The notes below the pieces were generated by a model. The model was not told the origin of the DNA. It was given only the letters and a program-made list of their open reading frames with translations, and did no database searches. From assembly GCA_963829525.1 (NCBI GenBank), contig CAWHIJ010000003.1, positions 2,400,001 through 2,464,000 of the forward strand: a DNA stretch of 64,000 nucleotides, given 5' to 3'. Positions 53,148-63,670 of this stretch are shown piece after piece (within the stretch, counting starts at the first letter, position 1; the number at the start of each line of letters is the position of its first letter). The translations under genes and the position numbers were made by a program. Source of the DNA: an uncultured Actinomycetota bacterium (GTDB lineage Bacteria > Actinomycetota > Actinomycetes > JAHEKZ01).

Positions 53148-54083
53148 TCACCCGGCGGATCGGAAGGTAGCCCACTGGCTCAGCATCCGGTCCGCTTGAC
53201 CTGCGGTGAAGCGATCCATGCAGATGTCGTTGCTGTAGTCCATGAAGTTGTGGATGGGGTCAACACCGTCAGCTCGGCATGAGTCACGGCCGTCAGGGCA
53301 TCCATAACCCGGCCTCCGCTCAGCCGGAGTGTCCGCAACGAGGTCGTTCTTCGGAGCACACCCATCCTGGAAGGTGTGATAGAGCCCCAACCAGTGACCG
53401 ATCTCGTGAGTTGCGGTGTCGCCACGGTTGTATGGAGCAGCCTTGCCGCCGGGCATCGAATCGGTCAGAAGCACGACGCCGTCGTTGGTGGGGTTGTTCT
53501 CATACCGCTGCGGGAAAGTTGCCCAGCCGAGCAGGTCACCACCGATGTTGGCCGCGTAGATGTTGAGGGTGTCGGCACCACCAACACGCAGCGCAGCCTT
53601 GGCCTCTGCCTCGGCCGCACTCCTGAACTTCATCGTGGACCAGGCGCTGTTGACCGTGATGTCTGTCGCCATCAGCGAAAAACGGAACGGCGTGCTGAAC
53701 GCCTTCGTGCTGCTACGACCGGAGTATCCACGGTTGAGCTTCCGAATCTGAAGGTCCGCCAGTTCCTCTCGGGCGATCTGCTCCTCGAGGGAGAGCTTCG
53801 TGGCGGTGATGAAGTGGATGTAGGTCGGGACCGTCACCTCGCCGCCCAGCCGCGCCTGCATGGTCGGCACCTCGCGGAGTCGCTCGGTGTGCGGGTCGAC
53901 GCGAACCTCATCGGTTCCCCTGGCGCCGGTCTCCGCCGAGTGCGGCTTGAAACAGTCGGCGGCAGCGCGCTGGACAGCACCGGTGCCGGTCGGAGCAACC
54001 GCGGCAACCCCAGACGCGAGGAGCGCGAGGGCAGCAACAACTGCAAGACGGGCCCCAGAGCGGGCGACGGAACGGACCGACAC
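53148..54083 (-). CDS. Secreted M43 (ulilysin/pappalysin-like) zinc metalloprotease
   Basis: HEIGHWLGLYHTF, Met-turn NFMDY, FTAGQADRM. Confidence 0.9.
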   Translation of the reverse strand: MSVRSVARSGARLAVVAALALLASGVAAVAPTGTGAVQRAAADCFKPHSAETGARGTDEVRVDPHTERLREVPTMQARLGGEVTVPTYIHFITATKLSLEEQIAREELADLQIRKLNRGYSGRSSTKAFSTPFRFSLMATDITVNSAWSTMKFRSAAEAEAKAALRVGGADTLNIYAANIGGDLLGWATFPQRYENNPTNDGVVLLTDSMPGGKAAPYNRGDTATHEIGHWLGLYHTFQDGCAPKNDLVADTPAERRPGYGCPDGRDSCRADGVDPIHNFMDYSNDICMDRFTAGQADRMLSQWATFRSAG

Positions 54084-54212
54084 AGATGACCTCCAGGACA
54101 CGGGCAGAAACAGCATGTCGAGATTATGGCGTTGCGCCTAGGGCAGATCGGGTGATCGCCACGGGGCTGGGGACAGTCCATTGCTCCGCGGAAGGGGCAA
54201 AACCGAACTGGG

Positions 54213-54497
54213 TCAGGGCGTGCGTTCTCCGCCGCCACCGGGAAGGGACTCGTAGATCTTCTGGCACTCCGGGCACACCGGGAACTTCTGCGGGTCGCGG
54301 TTGGGGATCCAGACCTTGCCGCATAGAGCAATCACCGGGGAGCCAGTGACTGCGCTCTCCATGATCTTGTCCTTCTGGACGTAGTGGGCGAAGCGCTCGT
54401 GATCGCCCGGCTCGACCGACGCTTCCTCCACTCGCTCGTCGAGGAGCGTGCCAAGGCCGCCATTGTCGGTGTCTGGGCCGAGAGGATCTGTCGTCAC
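54213..54497 (-). CDS. DUF3039 family protein
   Basis: GDHERFAHYV..ALCGKVWIP..FPVCPECQKIY. Confidence 0.9.
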   Translation of the reverse strand: MTTDPLGPDTDNGGLGTLLDERVEEASVEPGDHERFAHYVQKDKIMESAVTGSPVIALCGKVWIPNRDPQKFPVCPECQKIYESLPGGGGERTP

Positions 54498-54515
54498 GGC
54501 ATGAAGTGTAAACCG

Positions 54516-55112
54516 TCAGTTCAGCGACGGATCTTCAGGAAACGTCGCCACGATCGCCAGTCGGGGAGGCTGACGGCGAAGAACCTGCTCCCAAAGGCGC
54601 GCAGGGTCTTCGGACGACAGATCACCTGGCTCCGCATCGACAACGAACCAGGACCCTTCACCGATCTCCGCCTCGAGCTGTTCTGACCCCCAACCGGCGT
54701 AACCGGCGAAGACCCGCATAGACGCAATCTCTCCGGCGATCAGCTCAGCCGGACTGTCCAGATCAACGAGCCCGATTCCGGCGTGCACATGACGAAACCC
54801 CAACGGCTCGTCTGCCTCGTCGTGGCCACCGGCTCTCGCTGCGAGCGCGAGCGCGCTGTCACGGCCGACCGGACCGCCTTGGAAGACCACCTGCGGAGGG
54901 GTGGCGTAGAGGTGCCAGTCAGGCAGGATCTCACTGACGTCGGTGGTCGATGGCCGGTTCAGCACGACGCCAAGGGCTCCGCTTTCGTCGTGATCGACGA
55001 GCAGCACGATGGTGCGCGAGAAGTGGGGATCACCGAGCTCGGGCGAGGCAACCAGCAGACGCCCGGTGAGGGTCTGCTCGATCCACGCATCCTCGATGCT
55101 CGACTCGTCCAT
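54516..55112 (-). CDS. YqgE/AlgH (UPF0301) family protein
   Basis: LLVASPEL.DPHF, GVVLNRP, GGPV, FAGYAGW..QLEAEI, DPSLN. Confidence 0.9.
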   Translation of the reverse strand: MDESSIEDAWIEQTLTGRLLVASPELGDPHFSRTIVLLVDHDESGALGVVLNRPSTTDVSEILPDWHLYATPPQVVFQGGPVGRDSALALAARAGGHDEADEPLGFRHVHAGIGLVDLDSPAELIAGEIASMRVFAGYAGWGSEQLEAEIGEGSWFVVDAEPGDLSSEDPARLWEQVLRRQPPRLAIVATFPEDPSLN

Positions 55113-55156
55113 GTCGCCATCCTCACCCAGAATGACCGCGGTCTCCAACCCTTGAC

Positions 55157-55546
55157 TCACGCGTCCTCGAGCGATTGCAGCGCCGTCTTGAGTCGATCCG
55201 CTGCCTCGCTGGCGACGGTTCAGGCATCGTCGCCAGCAACGCTCATCATCCCCATCGGGTCGACGGCCTCAACCAGCACTCGGTCGCCATCCTGCCGCAC
55301 CACCACATTGCAGGGCAGCAGGACGCCGATCGAAGCCTCGGCGCTTATGGCCCGGTAGGCGAGCGGAGGATTACACGCGCCAAGGATGAGGAACGGGCCG
55401 ACGTCAGCGTCGAGCTTGGCCTTCATCGTGGCCCTCACATCTATCTCGGTGAGGACGCCAAAGCCCTGCTCGGCCAGAGCGCCTCGGGTGCGTGCGACGA
55501 CGTCGTCGAAAGGGGCCGCCACGTGGGTCTTGAGTGAGATCTCCAT
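55157..55546 (-). CDS. DUF302 family protein with an in-frame TGA at 55220-55222
   Basis: GFGVLTEIDV, ILGACNP, LLPCNVVV; the frame continues TVASEAADRLKTALQSLEDA* after the TGA. Confidence 0.8.
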
Positions 55547-55552
55547 GGAATA

Positions 55553-55568
55553 ATACCCTAGGGGGTAT
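55553..55568. promoter_or_regulatory. CsoR/RicR-type operator
   Basis: ATACCC-TAGG-GGGTAT inverted repeat with C/G tracts, between divergent DUF302 and trxA. Confidence 0.7.
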
Positions 55569-55612
55569 AGTTGAATCGATCAACTGAACTGTTCCGACCA
55601 AAAGGAGACCAG

Positions 55613-55990
55613 GTGTCAACCCTGACCCTGACCAAGGAGAACTTCGCCGAGACGATCGGTGGGAACGACATCGTCGTCATCGACTTCTGGGCGGCCTGGT
55701 GCGGTCCCTGCCGTGCCTTTGGCCCGGTCTTCGAGAGCGCCAGCGAGGCGCACACCGACGTCGTCTTCGCCAAGGTCGACACCGAGGACCAGCAGGAGCT
55801 GGCCGGCATGTTCGGGATCACGTCGATCCCAACCCTGGTCGCCTTCCGCGAGAAGGTTCTCGTCTTCGGCGAGGCGGGTGCCCTTCCGGCTCCGGAGCTG
55901 GAGAAGGTGCTGACCGCCGTCAAAGAGCTCGACATGGCAGACGTCCACGAAAAGGTGGCTGAGCAGCAGAAGTCCGCTGAAACAGCCTGA
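55613..55990 (+). CDS. trxA: Thioredoxin
   Basis: FWAAWCGPC, SIPTL; AAGGAG RBS before GTG 55613. Confidence 0.93.
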   Translation: MSTLTLTKENFAETIGGNDIVVIDFWAAWCGPCRAFGPVFESASEAHTDVVFAKVDTEDQQELAGMFGITSIPTLVAFREKVLVFGEAGALPAPELEKVLTAVKELDMADVHEKVAEQQKSAETA

Positions 55991-56023
55991 CCCCGTAGGC
56001 TTCCCGCAATCAAGGGAGGCTCC

Positions 56024-57253
56024 ATGGTGTTTCGCGTCGAGTCAGAGGTCGGGCAGCTGCGGCAGGTGATCGTCCACCGGCCGGGCCTGGAGATGGACCG
56101 TCTCACCCCGAGCAATGTCCACAGCCTGCTGTTCGACGATGTCCTCTGGGCCGAACGCGCCATCGAAGAGCATGACGCGTTCACGGCCGCGCTAAGGGAC
56201 CGCGGGGCTCACGTTCACTACTTCAATGAGCTGCTTGGAGAGGCACTGCGGTTGGAGGCGGCCCGCGAGTTCCTCCTCGAGCGCGTGGTCCACGAAGAGA
56301 CCATGGGCCCCAATCTGGTGTCACCGCTGCGGAACTTGATCGCCAACACCGAGCCGCAAGAGCTCGCCGACTTCATGATCGGCGGGATCCTCAAGAAGGA
56401 CCTGCCGGCACCGGAGTGGCCCAGCCTCCTGTGGCGTCTGCTCGACGACGAGGACTTCGTCCTCACCCCGCTCCCCAACCACCTGTTCCAGCGAGACAAC
56501 TCCGCATGGGTCTATGGCGGTGTCTCGGTCAACCCGATGGCCAAGGCCGCGCGCAAGCGTGAGGCGATTCACTCCCGACTCATCTACGGCTTCCACCCCA
56601 TGTTTACCGCAGCCCACGATGACATCGTCATGTACTACGGCGACGACGACGAGGTGCACGACCCGGCCACCTGCGAAGGTGGCGACATCCTGGTGATCGG
56701 TAACGGAGCCGTCATGATCGGGCTCAGCGAGCGCACCACGCCACAGGGGGCGGAGATCCTGGCCCGCAACTACTTTCGCCTCAGCGGGGGTGCGGTGACG
56801 CGCGTCATCGCCGTCGACCTACCCAAGACTCGGGCCTTCATGCACCTCGACACCGCCATGACCATGCTCGACGCCACCACGTTCATCACGTATCCGTACC
56901 TACCGGCCGAGATGCGTAGCTACACACTCACCCCAGGAGACGACGGCGCACTCACCATCTCGCAGAACGAAGACCTCTGGTCAGCGGTTGCCGACGCGCT
57001 CGAGATCGATCGCGTCCGGGTCCTCTCAGTGTCTCAGGACATCAGGGCAGCCGAACGTGAGCAGTGGGACGACGGCAACAATTTCTTGGCGCTGTCCCCC
57101 GGTGTCGTCATCGGCTACGAGCGCAACACCACGACCAACCGGTACCTCGAGGAGCAAGGCATCGAGGTAATCGCCGCGGCGGGCAGCGAGCTGGGACGCG
57201 GCCGCGGCGGGCCGCGCTGTATGACCTGCCCGATCGAGCGCGCCCCGATCTGA
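56024..57253 (+). CDS. arcA: Arginine deiminase
   Basis: [50 protein letters not shown]. Confidence 0.95.
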   Translation: MVFRVESEVGQLRQVIVHRPGLEMDRLTPSNVHSLLFDDVLWAERAIEEHDAFTAALRDRGAHVHYFNELLGEALRLEAAREFLLERVVHEETMGPNLVSPLRNLIANTEPQELADFMIGGILKKDLPAPEWPSLLWRLLDDEDFVLTPLPNHLFQRDNSAWVYGGVSVNPMAKAARKREAIHSRLIYGFHPMFTAAHDDIVMYYGDDDEVHDPATCEGGDILVIGNGAVMIGLSERTTPQGAEILARNYFRLSGGAVTRVIAVDLPKTRAFMHLDTAMTMLDATTFITYPYLPAEMRSYTLTPGDDGALTISQNEDLWSAVADALEIDRVRVLSVSQDIRAAEREQWDDGNNFLALSPGVVIGYERNTTTNRYLEEQGIEVIAAAGSELGRGRGGPRCMTCPIERAPI

Positions 57254-57260
57254 CCCAGCC

Positions 57261-59084
57261 TTACGCCTGCTGCGCCGCCTCTAGACGCGCGCGGAGCCCA
57301 TCGAGCTGCCCGCGCAGCGCCGCTGGCAGATGTGCACCGAACTTGGCGAAGTACTCGTCGGTGAGCTCGGCCTCGTCGATCCACGTCTTCGGCTCGACGG
57401 CGAAGAGCTCAGCGGTCTGCTCGTCGGTGAGTCCAAGCCCGTCGAGGTTCATCGAACCGTCAGCCGGAAGCTTGCCGATCGGCGTCTCGATCGCCTCTGC
57501 GTCGCCCTTGAGCCGGCGGATGATCCAGTCGAGGACGCGGCTGTTCTCGCCGAATCCTGGCCAGAGGAACTTTCCGCCAGCGTCCTTGCGGAACCAGTTG
57601 ACCTGGTAGATCCGCGGCAGCTTGCTGGCGTCAGTGGCCTGTCCGACCTTGAGCCAGTGGCCCCAGTAGTCGGCCATGTTGTAGCCGCAGAACGGCAGCA
57701 TGGCGAACGGGTCGCGCCGCAGCGCTCCGACGGTGCCTTCGGCCGCAGCGGTCTGCTCGCTGGAGACCGTCGAAGCGAGGAAGACGCCGTGCTCCCAGTC
57801 GAACGACTCGTTGACCAGTGGCACGTTGGTGGCGCGACGGCCGCCGAACAAGATCGCGTCGATCGGGACACCCTTGGGGTCTTCCCAGCTGTCGGCGATC
57901 GACGGGCACTGCGAGGCCGGAGCGGTGAAGCGGCTGTTCGGGTGCGACGAGGGCTCGTCCGATGCCGGCGTCCAGTCGCGGCCCTTCCAGTCGATCAGGT
58001 GCGCGGGGGCCTCGTCTGTGAGGCCCTCCCACCAGACATCACCATCATCGGTGAGCGCAACGTTGGTGAAGATGCTGTTGCCCCAGAGGGTGTCGATCGC
58101 GTTCTGGTTCGTTGAGGCACCGGTGCCGGGCGCGACCCCGAAGAACCCGGCCTCCGGGTTGATGGCGTAGAGGCGCCCGTCGTCGCCGAAGCGCATCCAG
58201 GCGATGTCGTCGCCGACCGTCTCAACGGCCCAGCCGGGAATCGTCGGCTGCAGCATGGCGAGGTTTGTCTTGCCACAGGCGCTGGGGAAGGCTGCCGTGA
58301 TGTGGTGCGCCGTGCCCTCGGGTGAGGTGAGCTTGAGGATCAGCATGTGCTCGGCAAGCCAGCCCTCGTCACGCGCCATGACCGACGCGATGCGAAGCGC
58401 GAAGCATTTCTTGCCGAGTAGCGCGTTGCCGCCGTAGCCGGAGCCGTAGGACCAGATCTCGCGGGTCTCGGGGAAGTGGACGATGTACTTGGTGTCGCTG
58501 CAGGGCCAGGCGACGTCCTGTTCGCCGTCGGCCAGTGGAGCGCCAACGGTGTGAATGGCAGGAACGAAGTCGCCGCTGTCACCGATGAGGTCCAGGGCGG
58601 CCTTGCCCATTCGCGTCATGATCCGCATGTTGACGACGACGTACGCGGAGTCGGTGATCTCGACACCGAGCTGCGAGATCGTGCCACCCAGCGGTCCCAT
58701 GCTGAACGGAACGACGTACATGGTGCGGCCGCGCATCGAGCCGTCGAAGAGCGGACGGAGCGTCTTGCGCATCTCGTCCGGAGCCATCCAGTTGTTCGTC
58801 GGGCCGGCATCCTGCTCGCGCTCGGCACAGATGTAGGTGCGGTCCTCAACCCGAGCGACGTCCTTGGGGTTGGAACGGGCCAGGAAGCTGTTCGGGCGTT
58901 TCTCCTCGTTCAGCCTGATGAACGTCCCGGATTCGACGAGCTCAGCAGTGAGCCGGTCCCACTCCTCCTGCGAGCCGTCCGCCCAGACCACCCGGTCGGG
59001 CTTGGTGAGGGCGGCGATCTCCTCGACCCAGGCCAGCAGCTTGGCATTCTTTGTGGGCGCTTCAGCAAGACCGGGAATCGTCAT
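57261..59084 (-). CDS. pckG: Phosphoenolpyruvate carboxykinase (GTP)
   Basis: [49 protein letters not shown]. Confidence 0.97.
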   Translation of the reverse strand: MTIPGLAEAPTKNAKLLAWVEEIAALTKPDRVVWADGSQEEWDRLTAELVESGTFIRLNEEKRPNSFLARSNPKDVARVEDRTYICAEREQDAGPTNNWMAPDEMRKTLRPLFDGSMRGRTMYVVPFSMGPLGGTISQLGVEITDSAYVVVNMRIMTRMGKAALDLIGDSGDFVPAIHTVGAPLADGEQDVAWPCSDTKYIVHFPETREIWSYGSGYGGNALLGKKCFALRIASVMARDEGWLAEHMLILKLTSPEGTAHHITAAFPSACGKTNLAMLQPTIPGWAVETVGDDIAWMRFGDDGRLYAINPEAGFFGVAPGTGASTNQNAIDTLWGNSIFTNVALTDDGDVWWEGLTDEAPAHLIDWKGRDWTPASDEPSSHPNSRFTAPASQCPSIADSWEDPKGVPIDAILFGGRRATNVPLVNESFDWEHGVFLASTVSSEQTAAAEGTVGALRRDPFAMLPFCGYNMADYWGHWLKVGQATDASKLPRIYQVNWFRKDAGGKFLWPGFGENSRVLDWIIRRLKGDAEAIETPIGKLPADGSMNLDGLGLTDEQTAELFAVEPKTWIDEAELTDEYFAKFGAHLPAALRGQLDGLRARLEAAQQA

Positions 59085-59189
59085 GGGAACCTCTCCAGCG
59101 GGACGCGGCGGGATTATGGCTCTCAGGGTGCCCTAAGTGGACGAAATCCTCCATGCGGTTGGCTCAATTCCACCCATATCCAGGAGGTT

Positions 59190-59238
59190 TGTGAGCAACT
59201 CCACATGGTGGAACTGCTCAGAAGGTGACCTTGCTCAC
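59190..59238. promoter_or_regulatory. Two CRP/GlxR-like sites upstream of pckG
   Basis: TGTGA-gcaact-CCACA (59190-59205) and GTGA-ccttgc-TCAC (59225-59238). Confidence 0.55.
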
Positions 59239-59249
59239 GGTGGCGGGGG

Positions 59250-60620
59250 CTACTGAGCCGTCCGCCGGAGCACCACTCCTGGCAGTCCGCCCGATGGTCG
59301 CAGCGTGACGCCGAAGTCCGGTCGCACCGACGTCGGGCGTTTCGGCCTGGCCCTCAGCACACGAGCCAGAGTCGCCACGACCAGAGGCGCCTCCATCAAG
59401 GCGAGGTCGCGGCCAATGCAGAGGCGTGGCCCCGCCCCGAACGGCAGGTAGGTCAGGGGGCCGGTTCCCGACTCACTCGGTGACGTCTCCCCTAGGAACC
59501 GGTCCGGGTCGAACCGGTCCGGGTTCGGCCACCACTGCGTGTCCCGGTGAATGGCGTACGGCGAGATGATCACGGTGGTCCCTGCCGGCAGCTCAAAGCC
59601 ACCGAGGACATCCGACTCGAGGCTGCGCCGGGTGATCACCCATGCCGGGGGGTAGAGCCGCAAACACTCATCGATCACAGCCCGGGCGTAGGGCAGACGC
59701 TTCAGGATGTCGACGTCCCACCCCGACGACTCAGGATCTGGCAGCCCATCCACCTCGGCTTGGACACGTTGCTCCGCTTCCGGGTGACTGGCGAGCAGCA
59801 CCCAGGTCCAGGTGAGGGTGGCGGCCACGGTCTCGTGGCCGGCAACAATCAGGGTGACCACCTCGTCGCGCACCTCCCTCGCCGACGCGAGCCCCTCGTC
59901 CATCGCGGTGATCAGCAGCCACAGCGTGTCCGTCCCCGGCTTTCTGCCCCGCCTGGCCGCGATGACGTCATCAACGGCTGCGTCGAGCACCTTCATCGCT
60001 CCGCGGAAGCGGCGATGACCAGGTGTCGGCCATGACTCCGGGATGGGGAGCGGCTGCTGCGCCCTGGAAACAACCACGTGCAGCGCGGTCATCACCGCGC
60101 CCACCAGATGGTCGGCCCGACCCGCAAGATTGCCGCCCAGCAATGTCGCGGCGACAATTTCCAGCGTGAGCTCGAGCATCGCCGCATCGAGGTCGAGCTC
60201 GGTCTCCACCCCCTGGTGGACGGTCCGCTCGACCCACGCGGTGCACACCTCGTGCACCGACGTCGCCATCGCCGCGACCAAGTCGTGGTGGAAACCGGGC
60301 GACATGACGCGGCGCATCCTTCGCCAGAGGTCGGCATCGGACGCCAGCAGGCCGGTCCCCGTCACCAAGGCAAGCGTGTCGTACTGAATCGTCCGCTTGC
60401 CGTAGGCCTTGTGGTTGCCCTGCAGCACCCGACGGACCTCCACCGGGTCGGAGATCAACCACACCTCACTGCGCGGCATCGGGAAGCGCACCACCGACCC
60501 ATAGCGCTGGGCGCACTGGGCCAGAAATGCTGGTGGCATCGAGCGCATCAACCGGATGTTGCGCAGCATCTCAGGGCCTTCTGGCCCTGGAGGCAGCTGG
60601 CGGTCCGGGGCGACACTCAC
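59250..60620 (-). CDS. Cytochrome P450
   Basis: AGHETV I-helix, ECLR (ExxR), PDRF, FGAGPRLCIG heme motif. Confidence 0.94.
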   Translation of the reverse strand: MSVAPDRQLPPGPEGPEMLRNIRLMRSMPPAFLAQCAQRYGSVVRFPMPRSEVWLISDPVEVRRVLQGNHKAYGKRTIQYDTLALVTGTGLLASDADLWRRMRRVMSPGFHHDLVAAMATSVHEVCTAWVERTVHQGVETELDLDAAMLELTLEIVAATLLGGNLAGRADHLVGAVMTALHVVVSRAQQPLPIPESWPTPGHRRFRGAMKVLDAAVDDVIAARRGRKPGTDTLWLLITAMDEGLASAREVRDEVVTLIVAGHETVAATLTWTWVLLASHPEAEQRVQAEVDGLPDPESSGWDVDILKRLPYARAVIDECLRLYPPAWVITRRSLESDVLGGFELPAGTTVIISPYAIHRDTQWWPNPDRFDPDRFLGETSPSESGTGPLTYLPFGAGPRLCIGRDLALMEAPLVVATLARVLRARPKRPTSVRPDFGVTLRPSGGLPGVVLRRTAQ

Positions 60621-60732
60621 ATCAGCAGCCTAGGCAGCATCAGGGCGACTCGCGGCGTGGGTGCGTGCACTCGACCCCAACAAGAGGCACTCTGGGCGCC
60701 TAAAGGACCTCCCCTTCCCCGAGGAGCCGAGC

Positions 60733-61083
60733 ATGCAGGACGTCACGCACCCGCACCACCCGCACGAACACCGCGTCTGGGTCGTGCCCGACACGACGCT
60801 CGGACGCTGGGCGGTCTTCGTCTTCACCATCGCTGCTGTGGTGGCCATCGCCTCCCCCTTGGTGGCATGGGTTACCCAGCACCTCGTCGAACCCGGAGCA
60901 GGAACACCCTGGTTCTTCGCTCTGTGGGGGTCGACTCTCGTTGGATTGGTCGTGGCAACCGGCGCCGGTGCAGTCGCGGCCATCGCGCTGCTCCGCGACC
61001 ACGCCGTGCTCCTCCTGGCGCCAGTTGCGGTGGCCGCGCTCGGCGTCGCGGCTCTGGTCACCACGAACGGTGTGCTGAGCTAG
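60733..61083 (+). CDS. Small hypothetical membrane protein
   Basis: GAGGAG RBS; three hydrophobic segments; His-rich N-terminus HPHHPHEH. Confidence 0.65.
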   Translation: MQDVTHPHHPHEHRVWVVPDTTLGRWAVFVFTIAAVVAIASPLVAWVTQHLVEPGAGTPWFFALWGSTLVGLVVATGAGAVAAIALLRDHAVLLLAPVAVAALGVAALVTTNGVLS

Positions 61084-61087
61084 GACG

Positions 61088-61708
61088 GTGACCGAGACCC
61101 TCGTCGACGGCGACCTGCTTGACCGCGGCGAGGACGGTCTACTCCGCTGCTTCTGGGGCGGCAGCACCGAGGAGTACCGCGCTTACCACGACACCGAGTG
61201 GGGCCGCCCCGTCCGCGACGACACGCGACTCTTCGAGAAGATCTGCCTCGAGGGCTTCCAGTCCGGGCTCTCGTGGCTGACCATCCTGCGCAAGCGCGAG
61301 AACTTCCGCGCCGCCTTCGCGGGATTCGATGTCGAGGCCGTTGCGTCTTTCGGTGATGCCGACATCGAGCGGCTACTGCAGGACGCGGGCATCGTCCGCC
61401 ATCGCGGCAAGATCGAGTCGACGATCAACAACGCACGGCGCTGCATCACGCTGCTTGGCGGCGACGAGACCCTGACCGAGGTGGTCTGGGGGTTTGCGCC
61501 CGAGCCCCGATCGCGTCCGGCGGTCATCACCCAGCAGTGGGTGATGGGCCACCCTCAGACACCAGAGTCAGCAGCGCTCTCCAAAGAGCTCAAGCGTCGG
61601 GGCTGGAGCTTCGTCGGCCCTACCACGATGTACGCCTTCATGCAGTCGGTGGGCGTCGTCAACGATCACCAGGCGTCGTGCCATGTCCGCACTGCGGGTA
61701 GTCGGTAG
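61088..61708 (+). CDS. tag: DNA-3-methyladenine glycosylase I
   Basis: RC.W..YHDTEWG, LEGFQSGLSW, FVGPTT, NDH..C. Confidence 0.94.
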   Translation: MTETLVDGDLLDRGEDGLLRCFWGGSTEEYRAYHDTEWGRPVRDDTRLFEKICLEGFQSGLSWLTILRKRENFRAAFAGFDVEAVASFGDADIERLLQDAGIVRHRGKIESTINNARRCITLLGGDETLTEVVWGFAPEPRSRPAVITQQWVMGHPQTPESAALSKELKRRGWSFVGPTTMYAFMQSVGVVNDHQASCHVRTAGSR

Positions 61709-61737
61709 CCTGCAGGCACCTCGACACCGGAGCCTCC

Positions 61738-62229
61738 ATGACCCACACGTACACCTATGCGGTCTCCCCCAGCACGCTGCTGGATGCGCTCGCCAACCTC
61801 GACTACCTCGCCGCGCGCAGCGAGCGCTTTGGGGGTGTCGGCGCTCCGACCACCGAGCGCGCCGCGGAAAGCGTGGTGATCACGGCTGTGCGCCAGCTTC
61901 CGATGGACAAAATCCCGGCAGCAATCAAGGGCTTGGTCGGTGATGGCCAGATCACTCAGGTTGACACCTGGTCAACCATCTTGGACGCCGACGGAACGTT
62001 GCGCGGAACCTGGCGCGCCGAGCTGGGCACCGCCCCGGCCATTATCGGTGGCGACTACTCGATCGAATCGACGACCGATGGCAGCAGCTACTCATGCACG
62101 GTCAATGTGAAGGTCAAGGTGCCTTTCGTCGGCGGCAGGATCGAGCAACAGGTACGCGGCTATCTCGACTACCTCATCACCAAAGAACAAGCCTTTCTCG
62201 GCGACTGGGTGGGTCAGAGCCGATCATGA
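61738..62229 (+). CDS. DUF2505 (SRPBCC-like) protein
   Basis: VKVKVPFVGGRIEQ C-terminal motif; size and pattern fit. Confidence 0.75.
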   Translation: MTHTYTYAVSPSTLLDALANLDYLAARSERFGGVGAPTTERAAESVVITAVRQLPMDKIPAAIKGLVGDGQITQVDTWSTILDADGTLRGTWRAELGTAPAIIGGDYSIESTTDGSSYSCTVNVKVKVPFVGGRIEQQVRGYLDYLITKEQAFLGDWVGQSRS

Positions 62230-63254
62230 GCGGCGTCCGCGACATTCGGCTCTGCATTTTGGGGTTCGGCTACGTCACACAAAGGTTCTGCGAACTCGTG
62301 CGTGACCGCGAGGGAGTGTTGGCGCGCGATTATGGCGTCCGGTTCCTCGTGAATGCCGTTGGCACCGGCAGACACGGCTCGTGGCTGGACCCCGAGGGCG
62401 GAACACCAGCCGACGTGCTCATGGCCTTCCGCGCCAATGGAGACCGGTTTCTGTCCTCTGAACGAACTGGTGAAGATCTCATCGCGGCGTCCGGCGCCTC
62501 GGTCCTTGTCGAGTCGACGCCGTTGCGGCACGGTGGGGAGTTAGCAATTGCCCACATCGACGCGGCCTTCGATGCCGGGCTGGACGTGGTCACCGTCAAC
62601 AAAGGCCCGATCGCCTGGGACTATCGACGCCTGCGCGACCGCGCCGACGCAGAGGGGCGGCGGCTGCGGCACGAGGGCGTCACGATGGACGGCTGTCCCG
62701 TCTACAACCTGGCCGAGTTCTGCCTTCCGGGCGATCGGGTGTTGGGGTTCCGTGGCGTCCTGAACTCCACCAGCAACTACGTTCTGGACACCATGGCTGA
62801 AGGCGCATCGCGAGAATCTGCCATCGCAGAGGCGGTTGAAGCGGGATTTGCCGAGACGGATCCCACCAACGACCTTGAGGGTCACGATGCCGCAGCGAAG
62901 GTCGCCGCCCTGGCGAACGTCCTTCTCGATGCGGACATCACGCCAGATGTGGTCGCCCGCGACTCGATCGCGGAGTTGAGTCAGGACGACGTTGCAAAGG
63001 TGGTCGCCTACGGAAGACGCCTTCGCTTGATCGGCGAGGCGCAGCGCAACGACGACGGCGACGTGACCGCGCGGGTCACCCTCGAGCCCGTCCGTAGCCG
63101 AGACCCGATGTACTGGATATCCGGGACTTCGTCAGCCATCGTCCTTGAAACCGAGCTCGCCGGCACCGTCGAGATCGTCGAACGTGACGGTCAGCTCACG
63201 CAGACCGCGTATGCGATCTACGCCGACTTACTCACCATCGCGCGTGGCATCTGA
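62226..63254 (+). CDS. hom: Homoserine dehydrogenase (no ACT domain)
   Basis: LGFGYV, VVTVNKGP, GVLNSTSNYVL, GFAETDPTNDLEGHDAAAK. Confidence 0.85.
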   Translation: MSGVRDIRLCILGFGYVTQRFCELVRDREGVLARDYGVRFLVNAVGTGRHGSWLDPEGGTPADVLMAFRANGDRFLSSERTGEDLIAASGASVLVESTPLRHGGELAIAHIDAAFDAGLDVVTVNKGPIAWDYRRLRDRADAEGRRLRHEGVTMDGCPVYNLAEFCLPGDRVLGFRGVLNSTSNYVLDTMAEGASRESAIAEAVEAGFAETDPTNDLEGHDAAAKVAALANVLLDADITPDVVARDSIAELSQDDVAKVVAYGRRLRLIGEAQRNDDGDVTARVTLEPVRSRDPMYWISGTSSAIVLETELAGTVEIVERDGQLTQTAYAIYADLLTIARGI

Positions 63255-63345
63255 TCGCTCTGAACTCTTTCGGCTTGCGAGTGCACCAAAAGAACGAGAA
63301 GCACTCCCCCGTGACCGAAGTCACTCAGGTCGGGGGTTCTTGGGC

Positions 63346-63370
63346 GTTTGGCGGGCTGGTTGCAGGGCAT
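63346..63370 (+). promoter_or_regulatory. SigB/SigF-type promoter
   Basis: GTTT-N15-GGGCAT, followed by an AGAAGGAG RBS. Confidence 0.5.
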
Positions 63371-63400
63371 ACCAGTCAGTAACCCAGAAGGAGAAGCGAC

Positions 63401-63615
63401 ATGAATCCGATGATCCCCGCCAGCAAGCGCACGTCTAGCGTGGTCCGCGAGCAGACAGCCGAAGATCAGACGGACCTCCAGGGCACGACCACGAGGTGGA
63501 CAGACCACAGGAACACCCGTCCGTCGATGGTCCGCTGATGGATCGGTGGCTCGACCGGCTGGTCACGCGCCTCTTTGACGCGCGCCTGCCCTGGACCTGG
63601 GATGAGTGCCAGTAG
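63401..63615 (+). CDS. Candidate small protein (45 aa as sequenced; about 71 aa if one G is restored near 63481)
   Basis: Strong RBS and ATG; a second frame continues ..PLMDRWLDRLVTRLFDARLPWTWDECQ*. Confidence 0.4.
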
Positions 63616-63670
63616 AACCAATCTCCGGGTATGGAAGGCTGGCAGTTAATCCAGACACCACGGAGGGCAC

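Noticed and set aside
55220-55222. Selenocysteine recoding of the DUF302 TGA
   Set aside because: The position does not correspond to a conserved Cys; homopolymer collapse explains it more simply.
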